Shown: in pieces, positions 1 to 9,196 of the stretch | Numbering within the stretch: position 1 is the stretch's first letter | Layout: every line of letters starts with the position of its first letter | Origin: Opitutales bacterium | GTDB lineage: Bacteria; Verrucomicrobiota; Verrucomicrobiia; Opitutales; PNEW01 | DNA length: 64,000 nt | Assembly (NCBI GenBank): GCA_965197745.1 | Contig: CBDANS010000007.1 | Coordinates: 2,048,001 to 2,112,000, forward strand | Direction of reading: 5' to 3' | The notes under the pieces: model-generated | Database searches by the model: none | What the model was told of the DNA's origin: nothing | Seen by the model: the letters and a program-made list of their open reading frames with translations, nothing else | Made by a program: the position numbers and the translations under genes

Positions 1-28
1 CATAAGGGGTCATTCTCACCACTGCGAT

Positions 29-595
29 CTACAACAACGCGCCAGTCGCTTTAACCAGCGCATCTGACAGGACCTCGTTTCCAAATTCGGTCATGTGGCA
101 TCCGTCCTCAATGAGGCATTTCGTGTAGTCATTACTCATAATGACCTCATGTAGATCGTTCACCGGTATCCCTTCGACCTGCACGATCTCGAGCGCAGCA
201 TCGTTGTAATCCTTAAGCTCGGCATCTTCCCTGATCTGCCACTCGTTCATCGATTTATCCTGCTCGGACCTGTAAAGTGGCGTGGTGGTGGCCCAGATCA
301 TCTGTGTCTTCTCAAGCTCTTTGACTCTTGCAATTACCCGTTTGAGGGAGAGCCGGTACTGAGGAAGCAGAATTTGGTGGTCCCCGTCGGCCATCGGGAT
401 GCAATCGTGTATGCCAAAGTTAAGATGAACCACGTCCGGTTCTTGGTCGACTACCCATTCCTGAATATGATCAAGAACCCAGAGACTGTGTCGGCAATTC
501 TCCTTAGGCCCCCATACCTCAGCTTTCTTGCACTTCTTTGTCACCAGTGGTTGATACCCCTTCCGAATCGAGTCCCCGATTAACACGACTTTCAT
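29..595 (-). CDS. SGNH/GDSL hydrolase family protein
   Basis: GDSI block I, GIHD block III and DGCH block V; RBS AAGGAG upstream. Confidence 0.85.
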   Translation of the reverse strand: MKVVLIGDSIRKGYQPLVTKKCKKAEVWGPKENCRHSLWVLDHIQEWVVDQEPDVVHLNFGIHDCIPMADGDHQILLPQYRLSLKRVIARVKELEKTQMIWATTTPLYRSEQDKSMNEWQIREDAELKDYNDAALEIVQVEGIPVNDLHEVIMSNDYTKCLIEDGCHMTEFGNEVLSDALVKATGALL

Positions 596-614
596 TTCAT
601 CTCCTTGCTTTCAC

Positions 615-681
615 GCATAACAAATGATTCTAAAATTCTGTATATTGAGTAGGGGTATAATACTGTCAAGGTTGACAACTG
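615..681 (-). promoter_or_regulatory. Promoter plus attI-like module, copy 1
   Basis: Minus strand TTGACA (669-664), TATACA, then TTTTAGAATCATTT-GTTATGC just upstream of the SGNH gene; 36/50 ungapped identity to 6061-6110. Confidence 0.55.
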
Positions 682-1237
682 ATGTAACACAGCCTGATCC
701 CTTTACTCATTTTTCCTAAACGGGATAAACATATTTATCACCCAGAAATAAATGAATGAAATCTCTCATTCTGGTCCACCCCTCAGTATATGGTTTAACA
801 TATGTTTCCTTCCAATATACCCGACACATAAACTCTAAACAATACATGCATGTAATAGCTTCACTCATAAAACGATATTTATCGTTATATGAATCTAAAA
901 TCCCATAACCCTTTAAAAAAGAACAAAGATTTTCTTGGATGCAATTATTAGTCCAACCATCAATACACCATTGAAGTATTACACCTGCAATCTCCATCTG
1001 TGGTGCAGGGCCTGAACCGCAGGACGGCCAATCAATAACAGCACTAATATTACCATTCTTACCCAATAAAAAATTTAATAAATTACATACAAGATCTCCA
1101 TGAATTAATTTCGGCTCAAAATCATATTGGGCTAATTCATCTAATAATGCTAATATGCTAAAACTTTGCTTAGCAGATAACACCCCTTTGGATTCCAGCA
1201 ACTCAAAGTGATCGGACCCCGTATTTCGTATCAAATT

Positions 1238-2231
1238 TTAAGTGAGAGAACTACCGGGTGTTAATGGTTTTAGGATTGATGTATATGAGAGATCTTGGCG
1301 CAGTGAGGGCGTAGCCCGAACGCGGCCAAGAGCGGAAAGGAATGTGACAAACTCTTGTGGGCTTTTAAAGCCTAATCGACTGTGGGGATGTTCATTGTTA
1401 TAGGTCTGACGCCATTGTTCTATTAGCACTTGCGCTTCAGCCACGCTGAGCAACACTTCAGGGTTCAAACACTCATCGCGTAAGCGGTTGTGAAACGACT
1501 CGATGAAACCGTTTTGCCAGGGACTGCCCGGATCGATATATATCGCCTTGATCTTTTTGTCGGACAACCACTGCTGCACCTGATGAGCAATGAATGGCTT
1601 CGCATGTCGTCGCTTCGCTCCTCGGAACACTGCCGTTGTCACTGCGGATATAGCTAGGAACTCCCTCTTCATCGATGGTTTCGCTGAGTACCGAGAGAAC
1701 ATCGGTTGAGGTGAGCTGTCGAGCTACCCGGATGCGTAAACATTTACGCGTATATGTCTTCGCTTCGCTTGAGTGTCGTCGCTTTCAGCTCCTCGGTACA
1801 TCGATCAAGGTCATCATCTTTAGCATACCGCCATTGTCTGTACGATCATGGACAAAGTCCCAGGACCAGACGTGATTGCGACCGGTTGCTTTAGTAGGGA
1901 GCCCAGTAGAGATCCCCTGACGGTGTCTACGCTTTTTTGGTGGCTTTACCTGTAAGCCCGAAGAACGTCGCACTGCCTGTACAAATTTCCTGCTTGCCGC
2001 CCAACCTTCTTTCACCAGCAAGGCACGAATGCGCCGGTAACCGTAACGGGGATGTTCCCAGGACAAGGTCAAAATCCGCTCGGCCAATTGCTGAGCCTTC
2101 TTACTGGCCTGCTTGGGTCGGTAGCTGTACGTTGACCAACTGAGGCTGAGATAAGCACAAGCCCTCTAAAACGAGCACAGCCCCTTCTCAGCCGCATCTT
2201 TTACTGCTCGCTTCTTCTGCTTTGGGCTCAC
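1238..2231 (-). pseudogene. IS3 transposase OrfB (DDE), disrupted
   Basis: YGYRRI, WSWDF, SDNG and PGSPWQNGFIESFH motifs are spread over broken frames; two short insertions at 1596-1627 and 1756-1798. Confidence 0.9.
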
Positions 2232-2494
2232 CATTTTTTTGAGAGCGTTTCCTCCAACACCCGAAGCTTGAGCATTTGATCAGCGAGCATCTTCTTCAGC
2301 TCCGTATTCTCCTTTTCCAGCTCTTTAAATCGCTTCGCATCAGCCAGCTCCAAGTTGCCATACTTTTTGCCCCAGCGATAGAAGGTCTGTTCACTTAGGT
2401 TGTTGCCGTGGCAGACTTCCTGCACGGTTTTGCCCGTATCGGGCTGCCGCAGTATTGCTATGATCTGTTCTGTTGTATATCTTTTTCTTTTCAT
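2228..2494 (-). CDS. IS3 transposase OrfA (HTH)
   Basis: MKRKRYTTEQIIAIL...TFYRW...LEKENTELKKMLAD is typical of OrfA. Confidence 0.9.
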   Translation of the reverse strand: MKRKRYTTEQIIAILRQPDTGKTVQEVCHGNNLSEQTFYRWGKKYGNLELADAKRFKELEKENTELKKMLADQMLKLRVLEETLSKKW

Positions 2495-3159
2495 TGAGGT
2501 TATCTGTTTATCCCGATAACCTCTCTCTGTTAATGATACCATTTTTGGGGGTCACTCCAAAAGTCAATTCGAGTGATATAGGAACGCACAAAGTCTCCCC
2601 AATCTCCATATTCAAAACGAGAATCTTCTAAAATAAAACTATCCACCCAATTTTTGGGCCCTCCTCCAAAGCTATCAGTTGATATTTGATTAATCTGTGC
2701 AGCAATACGTCCAACATTCTCTAAAAAGTCCAAACCTTCATCCTTGTATTCTGGGTAGAAGTATTTAGTGCATTTTTCCATGCTAAAATACATCCCATGC
2801 AATCCAACCTCAGGGTTCTGGTCTGAACTCCATTCCATGCAGAAATAGCTAAATTCTTCACCACTTTCAAGCTTACCGGTTCCAATTATCTCTGGAAATA
2901 CAGATAAGACAGGAACATCTTTATGAACTATTTGGTGCGCCCAAAGTTGTTTACCAACAACACTCCGACAATAAGCAGAGGTGATTGTATGAGAGTCTGT
3001 ATAATTCTGATTAAGTTTTATTGCGTACTTATTACCCTTACTTTCTACAAAAACAACATCATTTATAGAACCAAAAACAATAGCTCCTTCGAATAATTCT
3101 GGATGCTTACTGGGTAGTTCTTTCTCAAAAAATCTTTTGAATTTACACATTATTTCTTG

Positions 3160-3216
3160 GTCGAATGTGCCGGTGAGCGACGGCGATCAGCCGTCCGCTC
3201 CACTGGCTGGTTATTA
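3160..3216 (-). other. attC-like integron cassette recombination site
   Basis: TAATAAC...GCCAGTG G AGCG GACGGC-TGATC-GCCGTC GCT CACCGGC...ATTCGAC; 57-bp imperfect hairpin with unpaired bases, immediately before the APH start. Confidence 0.6.
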
Positions 3217-3233
3217 GATCAATCCCGAAAGTC

Positions 3234-3301
3234 AAAAGGAGTCAGTCTTCGCCATTCGGCAAAAGTAATAAAAATGCCAAGATGCGAGACCTGACCCTTT
3301 T
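3234..3301. repeat. About 68-bp GGGTCAG...CTGAC(C/T)CC palindromic repeat (REP/REPIN-like)
   Basis: Its reverse complement is closely similar to 12964-13030. Confidence 0.8.
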
Positions 3302-3320
3302 GCAATTCGTAACTCATACT

Positions 3321-3380
3321 GCATAGCGCAAAGCACAGAGGCAGCAGTAAGGTAGTCACAATAGGTGCGTATTGTTATGC
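3321..3380 (-). other. Degenerate attC-like site
   Basis: GCATAAC 3 nt after the GNAT stop, ending in GCTATGC; 60 bp; outer arms pair but the centre pairs weakly. Confidence 0.5.
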
Positions 3381-3383
3381 ATT

Positions 3384-3794
3384 TTACTCAATGAATGCAC
3401 CCATGCTAAGGCGGTCCTCTTTTTTGAACCCCATAGCTTTATAGAAGGTTGCTACTTCAGTATTTGTAGAGCGTATTTGTAGATTAACTTTAATGCAGCC
3501 AAGTTCTTTTAAGGATTGCATTGCATATTTTACGAGCCGCGCACCGGCACCACTACGACGCTGCTCCTTTAGCACCGCAACTGCATACAGCCACCCACGA
3601 TGCCCATCATAGCCAGCCATGCAAGCACCGACTAATTTTCCTTCATGTTCTGCCACAAATATAAGATCGTCGACGGCAAGCTTTGCCTCAATGACAATTG
3701 AAGGTTCATTATGTGGAGGGTCATCGGGAAAGACAGTATTCCAAAGTTCAATCAATGAGCTTTTATCTGTGTCTTGATATTTCCGTATATTCAT
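3384..3794 (-). CDS. GNAT family acetyltransferase (YpeA-like), gene cassette
   Basis: MAGYDGHRGWLYAVAV, RRSGAG acetyl-CoA loop, KVNLQIR; ATG at 3794 with GAGG RBS. Confidence 0.9.
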   Translation of the reverse strand: MNIRKYQDTDKSSLIELWNTVFPDDPPHNEPSIVIEAKLAVDDLIFVAEHEGKLVGACMAGYDGHRGWLYAVAVLKEQRRSGAGARLVKYAMQSLKELGCIKVNLQIRSTNTEVATFYKAMGFKKEDRLSMGAFIE

Positions 3795-3808
3795 AACTTC
3801 CTCATGAT

Positions 3809-3867
3809 GCATAATGTCGTGGATCAGGCGCGACAATAAACTGACACCTGCATCCTGCTTGTTATGC
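3809..3867 (-). other. attC site (59 bp)
   Basis: GCATAAC AAGCA GGATGCAGG...CCTGATCC ACGAC ATTATGC directly after the stop of 3874-5175. Confidence 0.75.
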
Positions 3868-3873
3868 GCTTCC

Positions 3874-5175
3874 TTATGCGTAGGCTTGTGTAAGAAGCCT
3901 CATGTTTTCTTCTACTAGCACGTCATCAATATTCTCCGCAAGGATATACGCCCCCATCGCTCTAGCTACCCAGACCTCATACCCGCTGCGGTCCAGGGAC
4001 TCACGAGTAACGAAGTACCCGTTGCTCCCACAGGATGTACTGGCACAAAGCGTGTATTGGGCAGGACTGAGATCACGAAGACGAAGGACGGTTTCAGCAA
4101 ATGGCTCTCCAGGAAATGGCACTATCGCAACCGGGCCGAGGCGAAGAATGACCTGGAGATAGTTCTTTCCGGAGACTGGTGCGACCTGCTGAGCGCTGAC
4201 AACGGCCTGCCAATATTTATATTCACACATACCTTTTCCGTATTCGTTCCGGTGAGGTTCAGCCTCTGCAAGATTACGACTGGCTTCATCCTCCGAGGGC
4301 AAAGACCTGTAGGGTAATGGGTATGCTCCGGTCGTGATTCCCAGCTCCACGATACGGAATTCCTTAATCGCGCGAATGGCTCGCATCGCATCCATCCCCG
4401 CCCGAGTGCCGACCTCCTGCAACGCTGCTTGTCCGTCTCCGACAGCACCGAGGAAATTGCTCCGGGGAGCTATGTCGCCCACCGCACCGTTGACAAAAAG
4501 CACCGGAGCGCCAGTAAGGTCTTCGACCCGATCGATCATCACACCAGGCCAATCGCGGGAAATTGCCCTGCTCTTGCTTGTAAGAACGGTGGGATGTGCC
4601 CCGTAGTGAATCAGGGTTGCCAGAGGACCGTCTGCGCTCTGAAAGCAGACTACGGTCATTTCCGGATCGTAGATCCCCCAGCGGTTGTACCCCAACCCAA
4701 CTGAGTGGTCAGCCATAATCGCTCTGCGATTTACGCCTACATCACTTTCCGTCATCCCAAAACCGACCTGAATTTTCTTCAGGTTCTGACTGGCTTTCAC
4801 CGCCGCTTTGATGCTCTGGCTTACGACAAGATCGACATAGGTCTCGTCCTTATCGCACCATCCCCAACACGTCATGGTGCAGGGGGCGGAATGCGTCTGA
4901 ATAGTACAGACGACGATGCTGTCCGCGTGTATGCCGGTCTGTTCCTGAATACCCTGCCGAATCGCTTCTACATCGGCGTCTTCAAGAATGCAGATCGTCA
5001 AACTGATCAGGACTGCTGTCGTCTCTCCTTGTTTCAAGACAAGTGCGTTTGCCTGCAATGGGTCGCGGACAGACTCCGCTTTCCGGTCTGGATCAGGATA
5101 ACCCATCAGCAGAAAACCGAGTTCGGGCGTGATGTCGGTTCGAGCGAAGCCGCCGAAAAGTTGTAGCTCTTTCAT
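3874..5175 (-). CDS. Neutral/alkaline ceramidase N-terminal-like metallohydrolase, gene cassette
   Basis: GFARTDITP, QTHSAP, YGAHPT, ISRDWPG, GAVGDI and PGEPF motifs; likely start MKELQL at 5175. Confidence 0.7.
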   Translation of the reverse strand: MKELQLFGGFARTDITPELGFLLMGYPDPDRKAESVRDPLQANALVLKQGETTAVLISLTICILEDADVEAIRQGIQEQTGIHADSIVVCTIQTHSAPCTMTCWGWCDKDETYVDLVVSQSIKAAVKASQNLKKIQVGFGMTESDVGVNRRAIMADHSVGLGYNRWGIYDPEMTVVCFQSADGPLATLIHYGAHPTVLTSKSRAISRDWPGVMIDRVEDLTGAPVLFVNGAVGDIAPRSNFLGAVGDGQAALQEVGTRAGMDAMRAIRAIKEFRIVELGITTGAYPLPYRSLPSEDEASRNLAEAEPHRNEYGKGMCEYKYWQAVVSAQQVAPVSGKNYLQVILRLGPVAIVPFPGEPFAETVLRLRDLSPAQYTLCASTSCGSNGYFVTRESLDRSGYEVWVARAMGAYILAENIDDVLVEENMRLLTQAYA

Positions 5176-5648
5176 ATTATTCTTTCTGATTGTATAACGC
5201 CTCCAGAAGGTTGCTCCCGCGCAGCACGCCGAAACAGCCAGGCCGATCCAACAAACAGCGCGACGAAGAACCCCGTCAGGATTAAGATATCCCGCGGCCA
5301 GATCGGCCCCGTAGAGCCCCACCCCGCGATCAGCGCGATTGCACCGACCAACGCATGAGCGAGCGCCGTCGCGAACAACGTGCGTGTCATTCCCTGTGGC
5401 TGAAAACGCGCGATGATGGCACCGAAGAAACCGACGGCGAGCACCCCATAATACATCATGTTGGCGTCGTCGTCCGCAGTCCCGATGATGCCAACAGCAC
5501 CGTTCACCCAGAAGAGGAGGAATGCTGCCGTAAGTGCAAGGCCGACGGCGGATTTATAAGCGGTATTGTCAGGCTTCCTCGCTTTAAGGACCATGAAGAC
5601 GACGATGAACGCTGCCGCGAGCACGATAAGGGGCAAGAATTTAAGCAT
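5172..5648 (-). CDS. Hypothetical integral membrane protein (about 5 TM), gene cassette
   Basis: Several hydrophobic helices and WVNGAVGIIG; follows the attC at 5701-5763. Confidence 0.7.
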   Translation of the reverse strand: MLKFLPLIVLAAAFIVVFMVLKARKPDNTAYKSAVGLALTAAFLLFWVNGAVGIIGTADDDANMMYYGVLAVGFFGAIIARFQPQGMTRTLFATALAHALVGAIALIAGWGSTGPIWPRDILILTGFFVALFVGSAWLFRRAAREQPSGGVIQSERII

Positions 5649-5700
5649 TTTGCCTATTTGTTCTTTGATTTCTGTGAGTTAGCGACACCTTAAGATAACG

Positions 5701-5763
5701 GTATAACGTCGCGGTTAACTTACCGGCGCGTAAGCGACGGTTAAGTTGTACCGTTTGTTAGAC
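5701..5763 (-). other. attC site (63 bp)
   Basis: GTCTAAC AAA CGGTACAACTTA ACCG...CGG TAAGTTAACCG CGAC GTTATAC: canonical RYYYAAC end, near-canonical GTTRRRY end and paired inner boxes. Confidence 0.85.
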
Positions 5764-5777
5764 AATCGTTGCCCGAG

Positions 5778-6026
5778 TTATTCGAGTGAAATCACAACTT
5801 TCTCATTCTTCTTGTGTTCCTCGACCTCTACCAGAGTCCCATTGATCTCCGGATTCATCGAAAGCTTGGTGAGCTCGTCGAGATCAATCCCATTGCTTTG
5901 AAGTGCTGCAGCCGCCTGCTTCGGAATTAGTTTGGATGCGACCTCGAGGACGCTACCGGGAATAGTGACAGTCGTCTTCGGTTGCGCTTCGCCAACCTTG
6001 AAAACTCGAATCTTCAATTCAGCCAT
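5778..6026 (-). CDS. Small hypothetical protein, gene cassette
   Basis: 82 aa, strong RBS GGAAAGGAG, followed by an attC. Confidence 0.75.
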   Translation of the reverse strand: MAELKIRVFKVGEAQPKTTVTIPGSVLEVASKLIPKQAAAALQSNGIDLDELTKLSMNPEINGTLVEVEEHKKNEKVVISLE

Positions 6027-6054
6027 GATTCTCTCCTTTCCGCATATCTTTTCT

Positions 6055-6112
6055 ATCTATCAAATGATTCTAAAGTTCATTATATTCGCGTATGGGAAAA
6101 TGTTGTCAAGGT
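6055..6112 (-). promoter_or_regulatory. Promoter plus attI-like module, copy 2
   Basis: TTGACA (6109-6104), 19-nt spacer, TATAAT (6084-6079), then CTTTAGAATCATTT-GATAGAT; homologous to 615-681. Confidence 0.6.
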
Positions 6113-6167
6113 GGCAAAAGGGGTCAGGTTATTAATGCTAAAAATGAGGCACGTCGTTAGGTGTTGC

Positions 6168-6485
6168 CTACACTGTCTGGTTGGGATTTTGTTTCATCGG
6201 ATCGAAATCGCTATCGCTATGGGGATCGATCTCATTGGTTCTGTAGATTGCGCGCTCATCTTCACCAGAATAGCCCCGCGCGATCTCAAAATACCTTCTT
6301 CGGTCCGGTTCAGATGTTTTTCCATTACCTTCCGCAATGTTCAGAGGAATCGACTGGCTTGCCCGTAGCCACTGGTCGCGGGCGTGACGATGAACGCCAT
6401 TCAGCCTTTCGGACCCTTCATAAACCCAGCTGACATAGTCGATGGAAAGACCGTAAACGTCCAGTTTCTCGTGTCCCAATGTCAT
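6168..6485 (-). pseudogene. Four-helix-bundle (23S rRNA IVS protein-like) gene, C-terminally deleted cassette
   Basis: HEKLDVY...RDQWLRASQSIPLNIAEG...YFEIARG, then similarity is lost; ends in a half attC TCCCAAC CAGACAGTG. Confidence 0.75.
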
Positions 6486-6534
6486 CTTAGTTCGATTCCG
6501 ATAACGATCCCGATTTCGATTTGGATTGTTTTAC

Positions 6535-6603
6535 TCACAACAGGTAATTCGAAATTTCTGAATAATTCGAGTATCGGGATAATGTTTTCGAAGTTAACAA
6601 CTG
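6535..6603 (-). promoter_or_regulatory. Promoter plus attI-like module, copy 3 (degenerate)
   Basis: CAGAAATTTCGAATTACCT-GTTGTGA; 15/20 identity to 621-640 and a shared GTT(G/A)ACAACTG end. Confidence 0.45.
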
Positions 6604-6658
6604 GGAGCAAAATAAATAGAAGCTGACCCATTTTGACATTACAAATGGCTGTCCCTGC

Positions 6659-7354
6659 TCACTCGGCAGGGAAGAAATGAGAGACAATGCCGATCCGCGG
6701 CTGATAGGTCTGGTTACCGGACGAACCGTGAATGCATAAGCTGTGATGAAATGCCGCGTCGCCTGGCGCTAAGCGGGCATACACTACCTTGTCCGAAGTG
6801 GGATTCGATACCTCGAAGGCACGGTGAATTTCATACTTGCCAATAGCATTTGTATGTTGATTAAGACCCGTCCGGTGGCTACCTGTCACATATCCCACAG
6901 AACCGTTACTCGGATTGCACGCCGTCAACGCGATCCAACAGGTAATGCCAGCTTCACTCGCACTTTGACCTTGCCAATAGTGACCGTCCTGGTGCCATTG
7001 CACCCTGGCGCTGTATTGTGCCGGTTTGGCAATCACCTGCCCGTAGGAAAACCGCAACGGATAACCTGTCAGATACTCAGCTAATTGCTGTGCCCGGCGA
7101 CGGTAGGGATGCTCAGCTAATTTCGGGATCGGACCCTCGTCGCTGATACTGATCTGCTGTTGAAGGCCGTGTTTAATATCCGTATTCCCTTCCTCTCCGA
7201 AACCCAAATGCCCAAGTTCACGATCCAAGGCGGGGCGCAACAGTTCTAAGAGTTCAATCGCTTCATCATGACTGAGAAGCTTTTGGTAAAATACAAAACC
7301 ATTGTCCAGATACCGTTGGCGATGGGCTGGATCAGGATTGGCAACCGGGCTCAT
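6659..7354 (-). CDS. Phytanoyl-CoA dioxygenase (PhyH) family 2OG-Fe(II) oxygenase
   Basis: WHQD, WIAL, GSH, HGS..N and R motifs. Confidence 0.9.
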   Translation of the reverse strand: MSPVANPDPAHRQRYLDNGFVFYQKLLSHDEAIELLELLRPALDRELGHLGFGEEGNTDIKHGLQQQISISDEGPIPKLAEHPYRRRAQQLAEYLTGYPLRFSYGQVIAKPAQYSARVQWHQDGHYWQGQSASEAGITCWIALTACNPSNGSVGYVTGSHRTGLNQHTNAIGKYEIHRAFEVSNPTSDKVVYARLAPGDAAFHHSLCIHGSSGNQTYQPRIGIVSHFFPAE

Positions 7355-7407
7355 TTTTCAAGTAATCATTTAAATACTAAAGGTGTCATAAACTTCCAAT
7401 CATCCCT

Positions 7408-8877
7408 TTAGAGTGGTTCGGTCCTGCGAAATCCTGTAGGGGGTTTTGGAACGTCTGGCCAGGTATCTCCAGTCTTCTTTAACCAATCCGAGAGAGCGGA
7501 CCGCATCTCCTCGATTTGCTCCTGGCAGTGTGGATCATCAATCAGGTTGTTCCTCTCATGCGGATCCTCGACAAGGTTGTAGAATTCATTAATCCCATTC
7601 TGGGATTCGATGTATTTATAATTTCTCGTTCGCCACATTCGCAATGGTGTTACCGGATCTTCCGCCCAGCTGCAGGAATGATATTCTCCCGCTAAACCCT
7701 CTCTCACGGGTTGTGAATCCCCTTCGATGAGCGGGGCGATAGATACACCGTGAAGCTCCTCCGGGGGTTCAACGCCACAGTAATTCAGAATCGTCGGCAT
7801 AAGGTCGACATGAGAGACCAGTTCCGGAGAGCGCCCCGGTTTATTATCCCCACCTGGAGGAACAATGATCAGGGGGATGTGAATCAGCTCCTCAAACATC
7901 AACGCACTTTTGTAGATAAAACCGTGGCTTCCCAATAACTCTCCGTGATCCGAAGTAAATATAATAAGCGTATTATCAAACAGGTCTTTCTGGTGGAGTG
8001 CCGCCATTAATCGTCCGGTTAAAAAATCAACAAAACTGACTTCGCCTAAATAGCCGGCCCACATTTGTCGTAACTGGTTGTCATTCCATTGTTCAACAGA
8101 TCGCAAATGACCTTCCAGCAGGCGCTCCTTGAGACAATTCGCGGTATAAGTATCTCTAAGGGATTCAGGAAGGTTCATGTCATCGTAGTTGTACATGCTG
8201 ATAAAAGGCTCCGGGCAGACCCAGGGTGGATGGGGTTCATGGGTGCTCCACACCAGCATAAATGGTTGATCCAATGAAGAAACATGATGGATGAACTCTA
8301 CAGCGCGATCACACATCAGCGATGCAGGGTGATCGGCAAGTCCCAACCGGGACGGCCCGAAGCAAATCGTCTCGTCATACTTATCCTTGTCGGGATCAAT
8401 TCCACCTTGATGACGACCGGTGACCTCCTCACCAATTCTCTTTGCATGTTGAATGATTTCATTCTCTTCCGATCGGTCCACATCAAAATTAAAATGCGCG
8501 GCTTTAAAGTCAGAGAAACCTCTCCGGTTGTATCCGGTACCCATATGCCACTTTCCCGTATAACCGCAGAAATAGCCCGCTGGTTTGAGGTAGTCAGCAA
8601 TGAGTTTCAGGTCTTTACGCATCAACATCTGATCAACACCGGGTCTCATTTGATGATTCGCAACCATACCGTGGGTGTGCGGATAGAGACCCGAGAAAAT
8701 GGAAGCCCTCGAGGGTGTGCAGATGGGCGTTGTGCAGAAAGCATTTTCGAAGAGCATTCCATTCGCGGCCAACCCATCGATGTTCGGAGTCGAGATGTGC
8801 TCGCGGCCCGTGCATCCAAGTGTGTCATACCGCTGTTCATCCGTCACAATGAGAAGCACGTTCGGGCGAGATGTCAT
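7408..8877 (-). CDS. Formylglycine-dependent sulfatase
   Basis: RPNVLLIVTDEQR, CTPSR, GKWH and FTSDHG motifs. Confidence 0.95.
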   Translation of the reverse strand: MTSRPNVLLIVTDEQRYDTLGCTGREHISTPNIDGLAANGMLFENAFCTTPICTPSRASIFSGLYPHTHGMVANHQMRPGVDQMLMRKDLKLIADYLKPAGYFCGYTGKWHMGTGYNRRGFSDFKAAHFNFDVDRSEENEIIQHAKRIGEEVTGRHQGGIDPDKDKYDETICFGPSRLGLADHPASLMCDRAVEFIHHVSSLDQPFMLVWSTHEPHPPWVCPEPFISMYNYDDMNLPESLRDTYTANCLKERLLEGHLRSVEQWNDNQLRQMWAGYLGEVSFVDFLTGRLMAALHQKDLFDNTLIIFTSDHGELLGSHGFIYKSALMFEELIHIPLIIVPPGGDNKPGRSPELVSHVDLMPTILNYCGVEPPEELHGVSIAPLIEGDSQPVREGLAGEYHSCSWAEDPVTPLRMWRTRNYKYIESQNGINEFYNLVEDPHERNNLIDDPHCQEQIEEMRSALSDWLKKTGDTWPDVPKPPTGFRRTEPL

Positions 8878-8946
8878 TTCAATTGCAAATTGATGTGGAT
8901 GTCGTCCCGCAACCGCGGGACTCGGTACGGAATGAGAAAAGGTGGC

Positions 8947-9098
8947 AAAATGGGTCAGGTTGTGTATTTATAGATTTTCAGGATTCGAAATTAAATCGGA
9001 CAGTTGAATCAACAATAAATTACTAATTTCGTTAGTATTCAAATACAGATTGAAAACGTATTCTAAGTTGAATTTATATATACACAGCCTGACCTCTT
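8947..9098. repeat. GGGTCAGG(T/C)TGTGTA inverted-repeat pair enclosing an AT-rich spacer
   Basis: GGGTCAGGTTGTGTA...TACACAGCCTGACC; related half-copies at about 687-703, 6117-6131 and 6621-6634. Confidence 0.65.
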
Positions 9099-9196
9099 CT
9101 AAAATTCTCGCATGCATTGGCAGATTCTCTTTCTTTTGATCAACATATCGGGTGCTTAATCTCTTTCCCCCCTTCTATCTCTTCCATGCTCATATA

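Larger units (their letters stand above)
1209..2559 (-). mobile_element. IS3-family (IS407-like) insertion sequence, degenerate
   Basis: Imperfect terminal IRs TGGAGTGACCCCCAAAAATGGTATCA / TGATCGGACCCCGTATTTCGTATCA; 4-bp duplication AAAG at 1205-1208 and 2560-2563; A7-TGGTGA frameshift window at the end of orfA. Confidence 0.92.
716..3150 (-). pseudogene. Aminoglycoside phosphotransferase/choline kinase-like (APH family) gene split by an IS3 element
   Basis: Removing IS3 and one AAAG copy joins ...TRIDF to ELLESKG... in frame (about 359 aa); Brenner-like motif LIHGDLVCN and VIDW; AT-rich. Confidence 0.85.

Noticed and set aside
5176..5322. N-terminal extension of the 482-aa ORF
   Set aside because: It overlaps the upstream membrane-protein gene and crosses the cassette boundary; the start at 5175 is more plausible.
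615..6603. Complete integron
   Set aside because: No tyrosine-recombinase ORF is in the window, so it is reported as integrase-less; an intI could lie elsewhere in the genome.
8284..8973. 229-aa plus-strand ORF
   Set aside because: Antisense shadow of the sulfatase, with no motifs.
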